Assembly (NCBI GenBank): GCA_963823665.1
Contig: CAWGMQ010000003.1
Location: 1,056,001 to 1,120,000 of the forward strand
Origin: an uncultured Planctomycetota bacterium
GTDB lineage: Bacteria; Planctomycetota; Planctomycetia; Isosphaerales; Isosphaeraceae
Length of the DNA stretch: 64,000 bases
Reading direction: 5' to 3'
Shown: piece by piece, positions 10,438-23,629 of the stretch
Layout: every line of letters starts with the position of its first letter
Position numbering within the stretch: the stretch's first letter is position 1
Made by a program: the position numbers and the translations under genes
The notes under the pieces: generated by a model
Seen by the model: the letters and a program-made list of their open reading frames with translations, nothing else
What the model was told of the DNA's origin: nothing
The model's database searches: none

Positions 10438-11557
10438 TTAAACAGACCTGCTGACTTCAGTTGGCTTTCCGCAATGATTTTCGCCCGCAGGAAGCCAGAT
10501 TGTAAACGTGGCTCCGCCGCTCGGATTGTTGCGCACGGTCAACCGGCCGGACTGCTCCTTGAGAATCTCGGCGGCGAGGTACAAACCATACCCGGTGCCC
10601 TCTTTGCGTGTCGTGAAGAACGGCTCGAACACGCGGTTTATGTAGGCTTCGGGCACTCCCGGACCATTGTCGATCACATCGAGAGTAACGGAGCGCCGCC
10701 CGTCTTCCATGGCCGTGCTCGACCCGCAGCAGGATCTTTCCGCCTTGACCGGTGCTCGACAGCGCTTGCTGAGCGTTTCCGAGCAAACTGAAGAGAACCT
10801 GCATCAATCGGCCGGCGTCGACCCGAACGGGGGGAACATCCCGATCGCATGTCGTCTGGACGTCGATTCTCCGCTGGCCGGCAGGCTGGCCCTTCATGAA
10901 GAGCTGCACTGATTCCTGAAGCAGCGGCGGCAACTCGATCAACTGAACGTCCGAAGAGTCGTTGCGCACCGCGGCCATCAAATGATCGAGCCTGAGCTGG
11001 AGCAATTGCGCGTTTCGCAAAATTGCTTCAATCCACTGCATGCGGTCAGCAACCGGCTCCTCATCGGCTTGGAGGATTTCGGCCGAACCTCTGATCACGG
11101 CGAGCGGCCCGCGAATCTCGTGCACGATTCCGGCCAGGAGGCGACCAACCTGCACGAGCTGCTGGTTCAACATCGCCAGCCCGGACATCTGGCGAAATTG
11201 AATGAGCCGCCTCACGCGACCAAGCACGATTGCGCCGGCGGAATCCTTGGCGACGTAGTCGTCGGCCCCCGCTTCCAGGCCCGCGAGGACGTCGGAATCG
11301 TCGTGGCGAACTGTCAGCATCAAGACGGGAACGCCCGCGATCTCGTTGTCGGCGCGAATCGCGCGGCAGACCTCGAGCCCGCTCATGTCCGGCAAGTTCA
11401 CGTCCAGGATGACGATGTGCGGGCGCACTTCACGTGCCTTCGAAAGCGCCTGGCGACCCTTCGCCACTTCATAAACCGTGTAGCCACCCCGACCAAGGAT
11501 GGTCCTTAGCAAGGCGCGATCGGCCGAGCTGTCATCGACGATCAAAACGGCCGCCAT
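10438..11557 (-). CDS. Hybrid receiver-histidine kinase (frameshift near 10720)
   Basis: N-terminal REC, H-box IVHEIRGPL; DNGPG, FEPFFTT, GTGYGL in the shifted frame. Confidence 0.85.
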
Positions 11558-11815
11558 CAGCTTCCGCTCCCTGGTCCAGTTTGCGTCCCGTTTGAAATCG
11601 CCGCCGGGCTAACCCACTCGAGTCGAGTTCATGGCATCGTGATCGATCTGAAGGATGCGCTGCTCCGCGATGACCCGGCTCTCGTCATCGACTGCCACAA
11701 CGCTATAATACGTGCGAGGTCCAGTATCGGGACACATTGCACCACTTCCGGTGGCGAGCCGCTTCAGGGCAGCCCGCGGAACTTTCCACGTGTTTTCCTT
11801 TTTTACGCGAGTGTC

Positions 11816-12934
11816 ATGACGACGACGATTCTACCACCGCCGTCAGCCGTTTCTCCTCTCCGGTTCGAGCCTTACCGCGAGATGGCTGATCCCGAGCTGG
11901 AAGAGCGAATCCTTCAGACGAAAGAGCAACTGGGCGATTCACTCTTGATTCTTGGCCACCACTACCAGCAAGACCAGGTGATTCGTTTCGCCGACCTCCG
12001 CGGCGACAGCTTCAAGCTGTCTAAACTCGCTGCGGAGAGCAGCTCGTGCCGCTACATTGTTTTTTGCGGCGTTCACTTCATGGCTGAGACGGCCGACATC
12101 CTTTCCCGCGAAGAAGTCCAGGTTTTTCTACCCGACCTGGCCGCGGGCTGCAGCATGGCCGACATGGCTGACCTCGACTCGGTCGAGGCGGCCTGGCGCG
12201 ACCTGGCCGAGGTGATTGACGTAGAGGATTTGATGCCGGTAACTTACGTGAATTCATCCGCGGATCTCAAAGCGTTTTGCGGACGGCACGGGGGGATCGT
12301 CTGCACGAGCTCAAACGCCCGTGCCGTACTGGATTGGGCGTTTGCGCGGCGCCGGCGCGTGCTGTTCTTTCCCGACCAGCATCTGGGACGAAACACAGCC
12401 AGACGGATGGGGATCGCTCTGGAAGAGATGACGGTCTGGGATCCCCGCGAACCGTATGGCGGCAACACGCCGCAGCAGATCGTTTCCAGCCGGGTGGTGC
12501 TCTGGAAAGGCCACTGTTCGGTGCACCAGATGTTCAAGGCAACCCATGTAGAGCAATTTCGGCGCCGTTTTCCCGATTCCAAGATCCTGGTTCATCCGGA
12601 ATGCATGATGCAGGTCGTAGACGCCGCAGACCTGGTCGGCTCGACCGAGTTCATCATAAAGACAATCGAAGAAGCGGCCCCGGGGTCGACGTGGGGAGTG
12701 GGAACCGAGCTTCATCTGGTCAATCGCCTGGCACAGGAGCATCCCGACAAATGCATCCACTTCCTTTCCCCGATGGTCTGCATGTGCGCGACCATGTTTC
12801 GGATCGATCTTCCGCACCTCGCCTGGTGTCTGGAGAACCTGGGCCGGGGAACCCCGGTCAATCGGATCAAGGTCGCGGCGGAGACGGCACACCGTGCGAA
12901 GCTCGCGCTCGAGCGGATGCTCGAGGTGCGATGA
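11816..12934 (+). CDS. nadA: Quinolinate synthase
   Basis: [41 protein letters not shown]. Confidence 0.95.
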   Translation: MTTTILPPPSAVSPLRFEPYREMADPELEERILQTKEQLGDSLLILGHHYQQDQVIRFADLRGDSFKLSKLAAESSSCRYIVFCGVHFMAETADILSREEVQVFLPDLAAGCSMADMADLDSVEAAWRDLAEVIDVEDLMPVTYVNSSADLKAFCGRHGGIVCTSSNARAVLDWAFARRRRVLFFPDQHLGRNTARRMGIALEEMTVWDPREPYGGNTPQQIVSSRVVLWKGHCSVHQMFKATHVEQFRRRFPDSKILVHPECMMQVVDAADLVGSTEFIIKTIEEAAPGSTWGVGTELHLVNRLAQEHPDKCIHFLSPMVCMCATMFRIDLPHLAWCLENLGRGTPVNRIKVAAETAHRAKLALERMLEVR

Positions 12935-12935
12935 T

Positions 12936-15179
12936 ATGAGCGTCAAAACGGGGCAAGCTCCCACGACATCCGACGCCGAGATCGAACTGATCGTGCATGC
13001 GAATCACTGGGATCCGTTCTCGGTCCTGGGGATCCATGAGCTGCCGGATGGCCCGGGAGGCAAGAAGGCGTGGATCATCCGCGCATTCCTGCCGGAGGCG
13101 GGCTCCGCGTGGGTGGTCGACCTGCAGAAGGGCGAGCCGGGCGCGCTCGTACCGATGAAAAAGATTCACCCGGACGGTTTCTTCACCCACGTGTTTCCCG
13201 ATCGCAGTCAGCCCTTTCCTTACCGGCTCAAGGTGGAAAACCACGAGGGCCATTCCTGGGATTTTGTCGATCCTTATTTCTTCGGCCCCCTGCTCTCCGA
13301 CTTCGATCTGCACCTCCTGGCCGAGGGCACGCACTATCGGAATTACGAGCGGCTTGGTGCCCACATCGAGGTGCATCGCGGGTACCGAGGCGTCCATTTC
13401 GCCGTATGGGCCCCCAATGCGCAGCGGGTCAGCGTGATCGGCAATTTCAATCACTGGGACGGCCGACGGCACGCGATGGGTAACCGAGGTGCTTCCGGCA
13501 TCTGGGAGCTATTCATCCCGGATCTGTGCGCAGGCGAAGTTTACAAGTTCGAAGTGAAGAGCCGCCACGGCGGCTACCTGGTTGAGAAGTCAGATCCCTA
13601 TGGCTTCGCTGCCGAATTGCGCCCGAAGACGGCGTCGGTTGTCTGGGACATTTCGAAGTTCCAGTGGCACGACGGCGATTGGCTCGCCAAGAGAGCCCAG
13701 CGACAAGGTCTGGATCAGCCGATCGCCGTGTACGAGGTGCATCTGGGCTCATGGAAGAAAGGCGACGGCGGTGAATTCCTGTCGTACCGCCAGCTCGCCG
13801 ACGACTTGGTCGGCCACCTCGAGCACACGCACTTCACCCATGTCGAGCTGATGCCGATCACCGAACATCCCTTCGACGGGAGCTGGGGCTACCAGCCCGT
13901 GGGTTACTTCGCACCCACGTCACGGTTCGGCACGCCGGATGATTTTGTTTACTTTGTCGACACGCTGCACCAGCACGGCTTCGGCGTCATCCTCGACTGG
14001 GTGCCCGCGCACTTCCCCAACGACTCGCACGGGCTGGGGTATTTCGACGGAACCCATCTGTACGAGCACTCCGACCCTCGTCTGGGCGAGCACCGAGATT
14101 GGGGCACCAAGATCTTCAACTATGGGCGGCCGGAAGTGCGGAACTTCCTCTTCGGCAACGCCCTCTTCTGGCTGGACCGCTACCACCTTGACGGGCTGCG
14201 GGTCGATGCGGTCGCGTCGATGCTTTACCTCGACTATTCGCGCAAGCCCGGCGAATGGGTCCCCAACGCGTTTGGCGGCAATGAGAATCTCGACGCGATC
14301 GATTTTCTCAAGCGACTGAACGAGCTTTGCCATCAAGAGCATCCCGGAGTCTTGACCAGCGCCGAGGAGTCGACGAGCTGGGGCGGCGTGTCGCGCCCGA
14401 CCTACCTGGGCGGGCTCGGGTTCAGCCTCAAGTGGAACATGGGCTGGATGAACGACACTCTCCGATTCCTCTCGAAAGACCCGGTCTACCGCAAGTACGA
14501 ACACGGCTCGCTCACCTTCAGCATGATCTACGCATTCACCGAGAACTTCATCCTGCCCCTCTCACACGATGAAGTCGTTCACGGCAAGGGATCGCTGCTC
14601 GACAAGATGCCGGGCGACATCTGGCAAAAGGTGGCAAACCTCCGGTTGCTCTACGGCTACATGTACGGACACCCGGGGAAGAAGCTGCTCTTCATGGGGA
14701 TGGAGATCGCCCAGTGGCGGGAATGGAATCACGACCAGAGCCTGGACTGGCACCTGCTCCAGTGGCGTGACCACCAGGGCATCCTGCGCCTGGTCTGCGA
14801 CCTGAACGCACTCTATCGCTCGACGCCAGCTTTGTATCAGGTCGACTTCGAATGGCAAGGCTATGAGTGGCTCGAGCTTCACGACTGGGAGAACAGCGTG
14901 ATCGCCTTCCTGCGTCGCGCGAAGGACCCGGATGATTCGGTTGTGGTCGTCTGCAATTTCACGCCGGTCGTGCGCTACGACTACCGCGTCGGCGTGCCGG
15001 TCGGCGGATACTATCATGAGATCTTGAACACGGATTCCGAGATCTATGGAGGCTCGAACTTCGGGAACTTCGGTGGAGCGTGGGGAATCCACGAGCCCCA
15101 CGCGGGCCGGCCGTTTCATCTGTCGCTGCGTCTTCCGCCGCTGGGTGTGGTTTTCCTCAAGACGCCGCGGTCGACCTGA
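12936..15179 (+). CDS. glgB: 1,4-alpha-glucan branching enzyme
   Basis: [48 protein letters not shown]. Confidence 0.97.
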   Translation: MSVKTGQAPTTSDAEIELIVHANHWDPFSVLGIHELPDGPGGKKAWIIRAFLPEAGSAWVVDLQKGEPGALVPMKKIHPDGFFTHVFPDRSQPFPYRLKVENHEGHSWDFVDPYFFGPLLSDFDLHLLAEGTHYRNYERLGAHIEVHRGYRGVHFAVWAPNAQRVSVIGNFNHWDGRRHAMGNRGASGIWELFIPDLCAGEVYKFEVKSRHGGYLVEKSDPYGFAAELRPKTASVVWDISKFQWHDGDWLAKRAQRQGLDQPIAVYEVHLGSWKKGDGGEFLSYRQLADDLVGHLEHTHFTHVELMPITEHPFDGSWGYQPVGYFAPTSRFGTPDDFVYFVDTLHQHGFGVILDWVPAHFPNDSHGLGYFDGTHLYEHSDPRLGEHRDWGTKIFNYGRPEVRNFLFGNALFWLDRYHLDGLRVDAVASMLYLDYSRKPGEWVPNAFGGNENLDAIDFLKRLNELCHQEHPGVLTSAEESTSWGGVSRPTYLGGLGFSLKWNMGWMNDTLRFLSKDPVYRKYEHGSLTFSMIYAFTENFILPLSHDEVVHGKGSLLDKMPGDIWQKVANLRLLYGYMYGHPGKKLLFMGMEIAQWREWNHDQSLDWHLLQWRDHQGILRLVCDLNALYRSTPALYQVDFEWQGYEWLELHDWENSVIAFLRRAKDPDDSVVVVCNFTPVVRYDYRVGVPVGGYYHEILNTDSEIYGGSNFGNFGGAWGIHEPHAGRPFHLSLRLPPLGVVFLKTPRST

Positions 15180-15243
15180 GGGTTGTGCTGATCGTGAGAT
15201 CACGGACTGCGAGCTGCGTGAGCGGCTGCTTGCCGCCTTCGTT

Positions 15244-15270
15244 TTGACGTTGCGATGTAGCCGATATACT
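15244..15270 (+). promoter_or_regulatory. Putative sigma70 promoter (TTGACG, 15 bp, TATACT) 8 nt before the ECF start codon
   Basis: Near-consensus hexamers, short spacer, no SD before ATG 15279. Confidence 0.5.
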
Positions 15271-15278
15271 CTGTCGTT

Positions 15279-15827
15279 ATGTCCGAGATCACCCAGCTTC
15301 TCGACGCCGCCGCGTCCGGCGATCGCCACGCGGCGGCCGAGCTGCTACCTCTCGTTTACGATGAGCTACGAAAGCTCGCGGCCGCGCGATTGGCCGCGGA
15401 GAAGCCCGGTCACACACTCGACGCCACCGCGCTCGTGCATGAGGCGTACCTGCGGCTGATCGGCGACCAGCAGTTCGACGGCCGAGGGCACTTCTTCGCC
15501 GCCGCGGCCGAGGCGATGCGGCGGGTGCTGGTCAATCACGCCCGCGAGCGAAAACGGGTGAAGCGAGGTGGTGGGCGAAAACGGGTCGATCTCGACCGGC
15601 TCACCGGCGCGGCTGCCGCCACCGATGACGACCTGATCTGCCTCGACGAAGCGCTCGATCGCCTGGCGAACGAGTTCGCGGTAGCCGCCGAGCTGGTGAA
15701 GCTGCGGTTCTTCGCGGGGATGACGCTGGGTGACGCCGCCGAGACGCTCGGTATCGCTCGACGGACCGCTGACAGGCACTGGGCGTTTGCCAGGGCATGG
15801 CTCGCCGACGCCCTGGCTGGCGGGTAG
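15279..15827 (+). CDS. ECF sigma factor, TIGR02999-like (kinase-associated)
   Basis: LLPLVYDELRKLAA, TALVHEAYLRL, HFFAAAAEAMRRVLV, WAFARAWL. Confidence 0.92.
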   Translation: MSEITQLLDAAASGDRHAAAELLPLVYDELRKLAAARLAAEKPGHTLDATALVHEAYLRLIGDQQFDGRGHFFAAAAEAMRRVLVNHARERKRVKRGGGRKRVDLDRLTGAAAATDDDLICLDEALDRLANEFAVAAELVKLRFFAGMTLGDAAETLGIARRTADRHWAFARAWLADALAGG

Positions 15828-15916
15828 CCCGAGCATTCTTGGCCCATCGGCCGGGAATTGGTGAACGCGGCTGGCGTTGCGAGCGGTTGGCGGGAAATCG
15901 CACACCGCCTTCCTAC

Positions 15917-15979
15917 ACTAACCCGAAGCGTGAGCGATGAGGTAATTCGACGAAGCCCTCGCTTACGCTTCGGGTTAGT
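15917..15979. repeat. REP-like palindrome of planctomycete type
   Basis: ACTAACCCGAAGCGTGAGCGA ... TCGCTTACGCTTCGGGTTAGT inverted pair. Confidence 0.8.
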
Positions 15980-16100
15980 ATGAGAGTCCTTCGGCAAGCG
16001 CCCTCCAGTTTTCGACCATGATCGAATTCTTCGGATCCCTTGGCGCACTTCCGGTCCGAACGGGGCATTGGTAGAGGAACCAGACTCCGGAGGTGAAGCC

Positions 16101-19100
16101 ATGCCCGACGCCGACCCCGCCCTGATGACCATATTCGCTGAAGCACTCGAACGGACCGACCCGGCCGCGCGGGCCGCCTACCTGGACAGCGCCTGTCGGG
16201 ATGATTCCGCCCTCCGCCGGAGGGTCGAGGCGCTGCTCGCCGCCCACGAGGGGGCTGGCCGGTTCCTGGAACCGGACTCCTGCGTGATGTCCGAAACCGC
16301 CGCACCCGCAACCGAGGGAGCGCCCGCGCGCCCGTCCCAGAAACGCGTTCCTCATCGCAACCGGTGAATGTGGCAGAGCGACCGGAGGGCGCGACCACCA
16401 CGATCGCTGACACAGCCCGGGCCGACCGCCCCCGCGGATTGGTCGCGGGCGAGGTCATCGCCGGCCGGTACACGCTGCTCGAAGTCCTGGGCGAAGGAGG
16501 GATGGGCACCGTCTACCGGGCGGACCAGACCGAACCGGTGAAGCGGCAGGTGGCGCTGAAGCTGATCAAGGTCGGGATGGACTCGCGTGCGGTGCTGGCT
16601 CGGTTCGACGCCGAGCGACAGGCGCTGGCCCTGATGGACCACCCGAACATCGCCCGCGTGTACGACGGCGGCACCACCGCGGCTGGCCAGCCGTTCTTCG
16701 TGATGGAACTGGTGAGCGGGGTGCCGATCACCGAGTATTGCGACCGCCACCGGCTCCCAGTGCGGGCCCGGCTGGAGTTGTTCGTCTCCGTCTGTCACGC
16801 GGTGCAACACGCCCACCAGAAGGGGATCATCCACCGCGACTTGAAGCCCAGCAACGTCCTGGTCACCGAGGTAGACGGACGGCCCACGCCCAAGGTGATC
16901 GACTTCGGGGTCGCCAAGGCAACGGAATTCACGCTTACCGACCAGAGCCAAGTGGACAGTGGAGCGATCGTCGGAACGCCGGCATACATGTCGCCAGAGC
17001 AGGGCGACCATTCGTCGATGGACATCGACACCCGGACCGACGTCTACGCGCTGGGGGTTATCCTGTACGAATTGCTGGCGGGGTCCCCTCCGATCGACGT
17101 GAAGCAGTTCCAGCGGGGCGCGTTCCTGGAGATGTTACGCATCGTGCGGGAAGTCGACCCACCCAGGCCGAGCACCAAGTTGGGCAGGGCCGAAGCGCTT
17201 CCCAACATCGCGGCCAGCCGCAACACTGAACCAGAGCAATTGAAGCGGATGTTGCGGGGTGACCTCGACTGGATCGTGATGAAGGCGCTCGAGAAGGACC
17301 GCGCCCGGCGTTACGAGACGAGCAACGGATTCGCGGCCGATGTCATACGGCACCTGTCGCACGAGCCCGTGCTGGCCGCCCCGCCGAGCCGGGCCTATCG
17401 GCTGCGAAAATTCGTGCGGAAGCACCGCGGCGCGGTGGTCGCCGTCAGCCTCGTCGTCCTGGCGCTCCTGGCCGGCATAGCGGGAACCACATGGGGGTTC
17501 TTCCGGGAGGCGGAGCGGGTCAAGGAACGCGATGAGGCAGTGAAGGTCGCCGATTCCCGCGCCGACGAGCTCAAGTACCGGCTGGGCATCAGCGACTTCC
17601 TTCTGGCCAGTGCCGCTTACGACAATAGCCTCGTGGTTCTGGCCGCCGAAAGGCTGGACAAGGTCCCCCCGGAGCAGCGCGGCTGGGAATGGGGTTACTT
17701 GACGCGGCTTACGCGCGGAGGCCTATTCACCCTCTACGGCCACGTGGATGGCGTATCGAGCGTGTCGTTCAGCGCAGACGGAACGCGAATCGTCTCCGGC
17801 AGCGATGACTGTACGGCGAAGGTGTGGGACGCGCGGACGGGCACGCCCTTGCTAGAACTAAGAGGACACGCGGGGTGCGTGTGGAGCGCTTCGTTCAACC
17901 CGGACGCGACCCGCATCGTTACAAGCAGTCTCGACGACACCGCGAAAGTATGGGACGCGCGGACGGGGACGCCGCTGCTCCTCATGGAGGGCCACACGAA
18001 TGGCGTGCAGAGCCTGTCGTTCAGTCCCGACGGCACACGGATTGTCACAGGCAGTTATGACAAGACGGCTAAGGTGTGGGACGCGCGGACGGGGACGACC
18101 CTGCGCGAGCTGAAAGGGCATGCGGGCTATGTGGAAAGCGTGTCGTTCAGCCCCGATGGGACGCGAATTGTTACCGGCAGCCTTGACGGTACGGCGAAGG
18201 TGTGGGACGCCGAGACGGGGACGCCCCTGCTCGAACTGAATGGCCACGAATCCGGCGTGTCGAGCGTGTCGTTCAGTCCGGACGCGACGCGGATCGTGAC
18301 TGGAAGCGGAGATGAGACGGTCAAGGTGTGGGACGCGCGGACAGGTACGCATTCGCTCAGCGTTACAGTGCACAGCGGCGAGGTGTACAGCGCCTCATTC
18401 AGCCCGGACGGGGCGCGAATCATCACCAACAGTTTTGACGGCACGGCGAAGGTTTGGGACGCGCAAACCGGGACACTACTTGACACGAAGGAAAGGAACG
18501 TGGGGCGGAGCCGATCGTTCAGCCCGGACAGGATGCGCATCGTCACCGCCGACAGGGAAACGGCGAACGTGTGGGATGCCCGGACAGGTGCGCGCCTACT
18601 TACACTGAAAGGCGACGGGGTAATCCGCGCGTCGTTCAGCCCGGACGGCACTCGGATCGTCGCCGGCAGTCGTTTCACGTGGGCGAGGGTTTGGGACGCA
18701 CGAACCGGGATGCGTTTGCTCGAACTGAACGGCCACAAGGACGGAGTGAACGGCGCGTCGTTCAGTCCGGACGCGACACGGATCGTCACCGTCAGTGACG
18801 ACCAGACTGTGAAGGTGTGGGACGCGCGGACGGGAACGCCACTGCTCGAACTGAAAGGGCATGTCGACAGGGTTTGTAGCGTATCGTTCAGCCCCGACGG
18901 GACCCGCATCATCACCGGCGGCGGAGATGGGACGGCGAAGGTTTGGGACGCGCGGACGGGCATGGCCCCGCTGGCGCTGAGCGGGCACACCGACAAGCTA
19001 AGAAGTGTGTCGTTCAGCCCGGATGGCACGCGGATCGTTACCGGCGGCGACGACCAAACAGTGAAAGTCTGGGACGCGCGGACGGGGACGCGGCTACTCG

Positions 19101-20293
19101 ACCTCGAAGGGCACTCACGAGCGGTCACGAGCGTCTCGTTTGGCCCGGACGGAACGCGGATCGTCACCGGCAGCTATGACGGTACGGCGAAGGTATGGGA
19201 CGCGCGGACGGGGACACCTCTGCTCGAACCGAGCACGGGCGGCGGGGAGTGCGTGTCGTACAGCCCGGACGGGACCCAAATCGTCACCGGTGACGGGGTC
19301 GCACTGGGGAGGGTGTGGGACGCGAGGACGGGCTCGCTTATGGCGGAGCTGAAAGGTCACTCGGGCTACGGGCAGAGCCTATCGTTCAGCACGGACGGGA
19401 CGCGTGTCCTCCAAAGATCCAATGCAGACGGGCCGGCGAAGGTTTGGGACGCGCGGACGGGCCGTACATTGACGGGCGAGCCGTTACGACCTGCTCCGCG
19501 CTCCGCCCGGATCAGCCCGGACGGCCGGTGGACGCTCACGCGGTCGGCAACCGCGTCAAACTGATCCCGCTGCGGCCGGATGCGGAGGAGCTCGCCTATC
19601 GAAGTCTATTGATGCAACCGAACTTGCGCCTCTGATCGAGAAGGCTACGAGGCAGCGACGAAGGCAAACGACCACTTCGCGGCCCGGTTTTACCTCAACC
19701 TCCTCCCGGCGCCCGAGCGGGTGCGGTATCAAGCCAACACGATCGTCGCGCCCCTGTTTGCGCGCTTGCTGCTCCTCGACGACGTGCTGGCCGCCCTCAA
19801 GGCCCAACCGGCGGCTGATCCGGAAGTCCAGACAGCGTGCCTGGAGTTAGCCGGAGCCTGGCCCGAACCACCCGGTTCGGAGCTCAACAACGTCGGTTGG
19901 GCTCTGGTTCGAGAGCCCGGGCAGGCGGACGCGATCTATCAGCGCGGCCTGCGCCCGGCGAATGCCGCATGTCGGCAGGAGCCTGAAAATGGTCTTCGTC
20001 TCAACACCCTGGGCGTGGCGCAGTACCGCTGTCGTTTGGTGGCCGAGGCGCTCGAGACCCTGACACGATCAAACGAATTGAACAAGGAGAGCCAACCCGC
20101 AGACCTGGCCTTTCTGGCACTCGCCCGGAGCCGACTGGGTCTGTCCGAAGACGCCCGTTCGACCCTGAGCCGACTGCGCGAGTTGATGAAGAACCCGGCG
20201 CTGGCAAAGGATCAAGAAGCACCGGCCTTCCTGCACGAGGCCGAGACGATCGAGCTCGACCAGGCCTTCCCGACAGACCCGTTCGCGCCATGA
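16101..20293 (+). CDS. Ser/Thr protein kinase with WD40 repeats and helical/TPR-like C-terminus (frameshifts near 16340, 19535 and 19630)
   Basis: GEGGMG, VALK, HRDLKPSN, DFG, YMSPEQ; about 14 GH...SFSPDGTRIVTG...KVWD repeats; LNTLGVAQYR tail. Confidence 0.9.
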
Positions 20294-20297
20294 TCAA

Positions 20298-21047
20298 CTA
20301 CTCCGGCTCGAACTCGTCGAGCGGGATCGCCGGCTTGCCGGCTCCGCCTCGTGGCGCGCCGGGTTTGGGCGTTCCAGCATGCCCCGGCGTGCGCGGGGCT
20401 TGCGGGATCAGCTCGTCGATCGTCACGTCCCAGGTCACGTGGCCGATCGCGATCTTGGCGGTCTTCTTGCGCTGATCCAGCTTGATGACCCGCCCGGGAC
20501 GGTCATACCCAAGCCGCGGTACCACGACTTGGTCGCCGATCTGAAGCAAGGCGCGGGCGTCGGCGAGGCCGACACTGCGCTGCGCCTCCTCATGCAACTG
20601 GGCCAGGCGCTGGGCCAGGACCTCGCGAATCCGTTCCGTCTCGGCCTGCGCTTCGACGGCCGACTGGCGAGCGGCCGCGGCTTCCTTGCGCAGCTTCTCC
20701 AGGCCTTCCCAGTCGGCAACGCCGCGGCTCTGGCTGTCGGCCAGGTACAACTCGGCTCGCTCGACCACGGCCGCAGGCAGCCGCAACTGGCGCGCGATCT
20801 TGAGCGCTTTCGATTGGCCGACGTCGCCGACGTGCAGCCGGTACCTGGGCTCGAGCGTCTCGTCGTCGAACTCGACGGCGGCGTTTTCGGCGTCGGGGTT
20901 CGAGAAGGCATAGGTTTTCAAATCGCCGATGTGGGTCGTCACGATCGCCTGGCAACCAATGCGACAGAGCTCGTCGAGGATCGCCCGGCCCAGGGCCCGC
21001 CGTCGGTCGGGTCGGTGCCGGCCCCGAGCTCGTCCAGCAACACCAGA
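20298..21047 (-). pseudogene. Diverged partial duplicate of the mutS2 3' end
   Basis: Aligns with about 21484-22235 from LVLLDELGAGTDP to PLDEFEPE; no 5' part. Confidence 0.85.
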
Positions 21048-21483
21048 GGTTGAAAGACGCGCAACCTTTGCCGAACGTCGGGCACTTGCCTTCTTCGTGG
21101 TCGAACTGACCAGAGACCGTGGTTTTGCGCCGAAGGCGCGAGCCGCGAATGATTGGATGCCTAGGACCGTGACAAAAGGATGGGTGTCTGGAATCCACGG
21201 TACCGGCGACGCGATCTAGCCAATTGCGTCGAGATTGCAGGAAAGAGTCAATTCAAACGCAATCACGACGCAATACCCTTCCGTAACCTCTTAAGGAAGC
21301 TCGAGATTTGGCGTCGTGAATTGTGTTCACAATCAAAATGGACATGAACGTTTTCACCACAGCGGCAGCGTCGGGATAGCGCGCACGCATTGAGTCGCGA
21401 ACCTCAACCACCGACGTCGGCGCAAGTGCCACAAGACCCTCCCTTCGCGATTCTTTCCGATTTCTCCGGTGGCACGTAATCAA

Positions 21484-23629
21484 CTACTCCGGCTCAAACT
21501 CATCGAGCGGAATAGCCCGCCGGCCCTGTGTCCCCCGCGGAGTTCCAGACTTCGGTGGCCCGCCCTGCCCCGGGGTGCGCGGGGCTTGTGGTATCAGCTC
21601 GTCGATCGTGACATCCCAGGTCACGTGGCCGATCGCGATCTTGGCGGTCTTCTTGCGCTGATCCAGCTTGATGACCCGCCCAGGACGGTCATACCCGAGC
21701 CGCGGCACCACGACCTGGTCGCCGACCTGAAGCAGGGCGCGGGCGTCGGCGAGGCCGACACTGCGCTGCGCCTCCTCATGCAACTGGGCCAGGCGCTGGG
21801 CCAGGACCTCGCGAATCCGTTCCGTCTCGGCCTGCGCTTCGACGGCCGACTGGCGAGCGGCCGCGGCTTCCTTGCGCAGCTTCTCGAGGGCTTCCCAGTC
21901 GGCAGCGCCGCGGTTCTGGCGGTCGGCCAGATACGACTCGGCCCGCTCGACCACGGCGGCAGGCAGCCGCAACTGCCGTGCGATTTTCAATGCTTTGGAT
22001 TGGCCGACGTCGCCGACGTGCAGGCGATACCGGGGCTCGAGCGTCTCGTCGTCGAACTCGACGGCGGCGTTTTCGGCGTCGGGATTCGAGAAGGCATAGG
22101 TTTTCAAATCGCCGATGTGGGTCGTCACGATCGCCTGGCAACCAATGCGGCAGAGCTCGTCGAGGATCGCCCGGCCCAGGGCTGCGCCGTCGGTCGGGTC
22201 GGTGCCGGCACCCAGCTCATCCAGCAGAACCAGCGATTCCGCGGTCGCCTTGCCCAGGATTTCGCTGATCCTCCGCACGTGAGACGAGAACGTCGAGAGC
22301 GACTGTTCCAGGCTCTGCTCATCGCCGATATCGGCGAGCACGTCGTCGAAGATGGGGAACTGCGAGCCCTCGCCGGCCGGGACGTGCAGGCCGGATTGCG
22401 CCATCAAGGCGAGCAGGCCGACTGTTTTCAAGGCAACCGTTTTGCCGCCGGTGTTGGGCCCGGTCACGACCAGGATTTCGAAAGCGGACGCCGAGACTCA
22501 GGTCGATCGGCACCACTTTCCGCTCGGCTGCGGGTTCGGAGCTGGGCGGCACACTCCCGGCCGAGCCTGCACTGGACGAGTCAGGGGGAGTTCCGAGGGC
22601 TGCATCCGGCGACGACGCTGGCGCCGTGGCCGAGACTGGCTCGACCGGCACTGGCGTCTTCACGGCGGGGTCGCCGCGGAAATACGCCTCGAGCAACGGG
22701 TGCCTGGCGCCGCGGAGGACGAGTCGGACTTCCTGGTTGAACTGGGGAGCCGACATCTTGTAGTCGAGGCTCAGGCTTCCCCGCGCGAAGATCAGGTCGA
22801 GATCGGCCATGGTTTCGAGCGTGGGCAGCAGGGATTCCGCGACCTGGGCGACCAGCGCGGAGAGCCACCGGAGGATCCGGCGAACCTCCTTGGATTCCCG
22901 CGCGCGCAGGAACGCGAGCTGGGCCGACTTCTCGCCCACGGCGGCGGGCTCGATGTAGACGGTCTCGTTGCTCGAGCTGGTGCGCAGGACCGAGCCTTGA
23001 ATCTCACCTCGCTTGTCTTTGGCGACAGGCAGCACGTAGTGATCGCCCACGGTCGAGTAATTGGGGAAGCGGAGAATCCTTTTGATCTCGGGCGAGCGGA
23101 GCATCTGACGGAGCGTCTCCTGAATTCGCTCTTTCAGGCGGCCGATCTCGCGGCGCAAGGCCGAGAGTCGCCGGCTTGCCGTGTCGAGGACGGTGCCGCG
23201 ACTATCAAGGCACCCCTCGATCGCGGAGGCGACGCCGGAGAACTCTCCGACACCGGCGCGCAGACCCCCGAGACGGGGAAACTGATTGCCGGCGAGCGCG
23301 AGCCACCGGTCGAGATTGCCGATGGACCGAAGCGTCTCGACCGTTTCGGCCAGTGCTTCCGGCTCGAGTACGCCTCCGACCTGGCAGCGCGCGACGTGAT
23401 GGCGAATGTCATGCAGACCGCCGAACGGGGGACGTAGGCCGGCGGCGAGTGCCTCGACCATCTCGGTGGTCAGTGCCTGGGCGGTGTGAATCTCGCCGGG
23501 ATCGCGGCCTGGCTGCATGGTCGCGGCTCGGGCCTTGCCGAGCGAGCAGGCAGCGCGGGCCGCCACGAGCGCTTTGATCCTGTCGAAATCGAGCAGCTCG
23601 AGCGTATGGGAGTCCATCTTCGAGCTCAA
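21484..23629 (-). CDS. mutS2: MutS2 family ATPase without Smr domain (frameshift near 22480)
   Basis: TLELLDFDRI N-terminus, ARHPLL, TGPNTGGKT, DIGDEQSLEQSLSTFSSH, DELGAGTDP. Confidence 0.9.

Noticed and set aside
17730..19470. About 126-bp periodic repeats resembling an array
   Set aside because: They are in-frame WD40 coding repeats, not CRISPR; no spacers or cas genes
21060..21170. GGCGCAAAACCACGGTCT on the minus strand resembling part of a c-di-GMP-I riboswitch
   Set aside because: The GAAA-tetraloop stem and closing P1 could not be found, and no intact gene lies downstream
20298..22235. mutS2 duplicate as a diversity-generating retroelement TR/VR pair
   Set aside because: Mismatches are not adenine-specific, are mostly synonymous, and no reverse transcriptase is present
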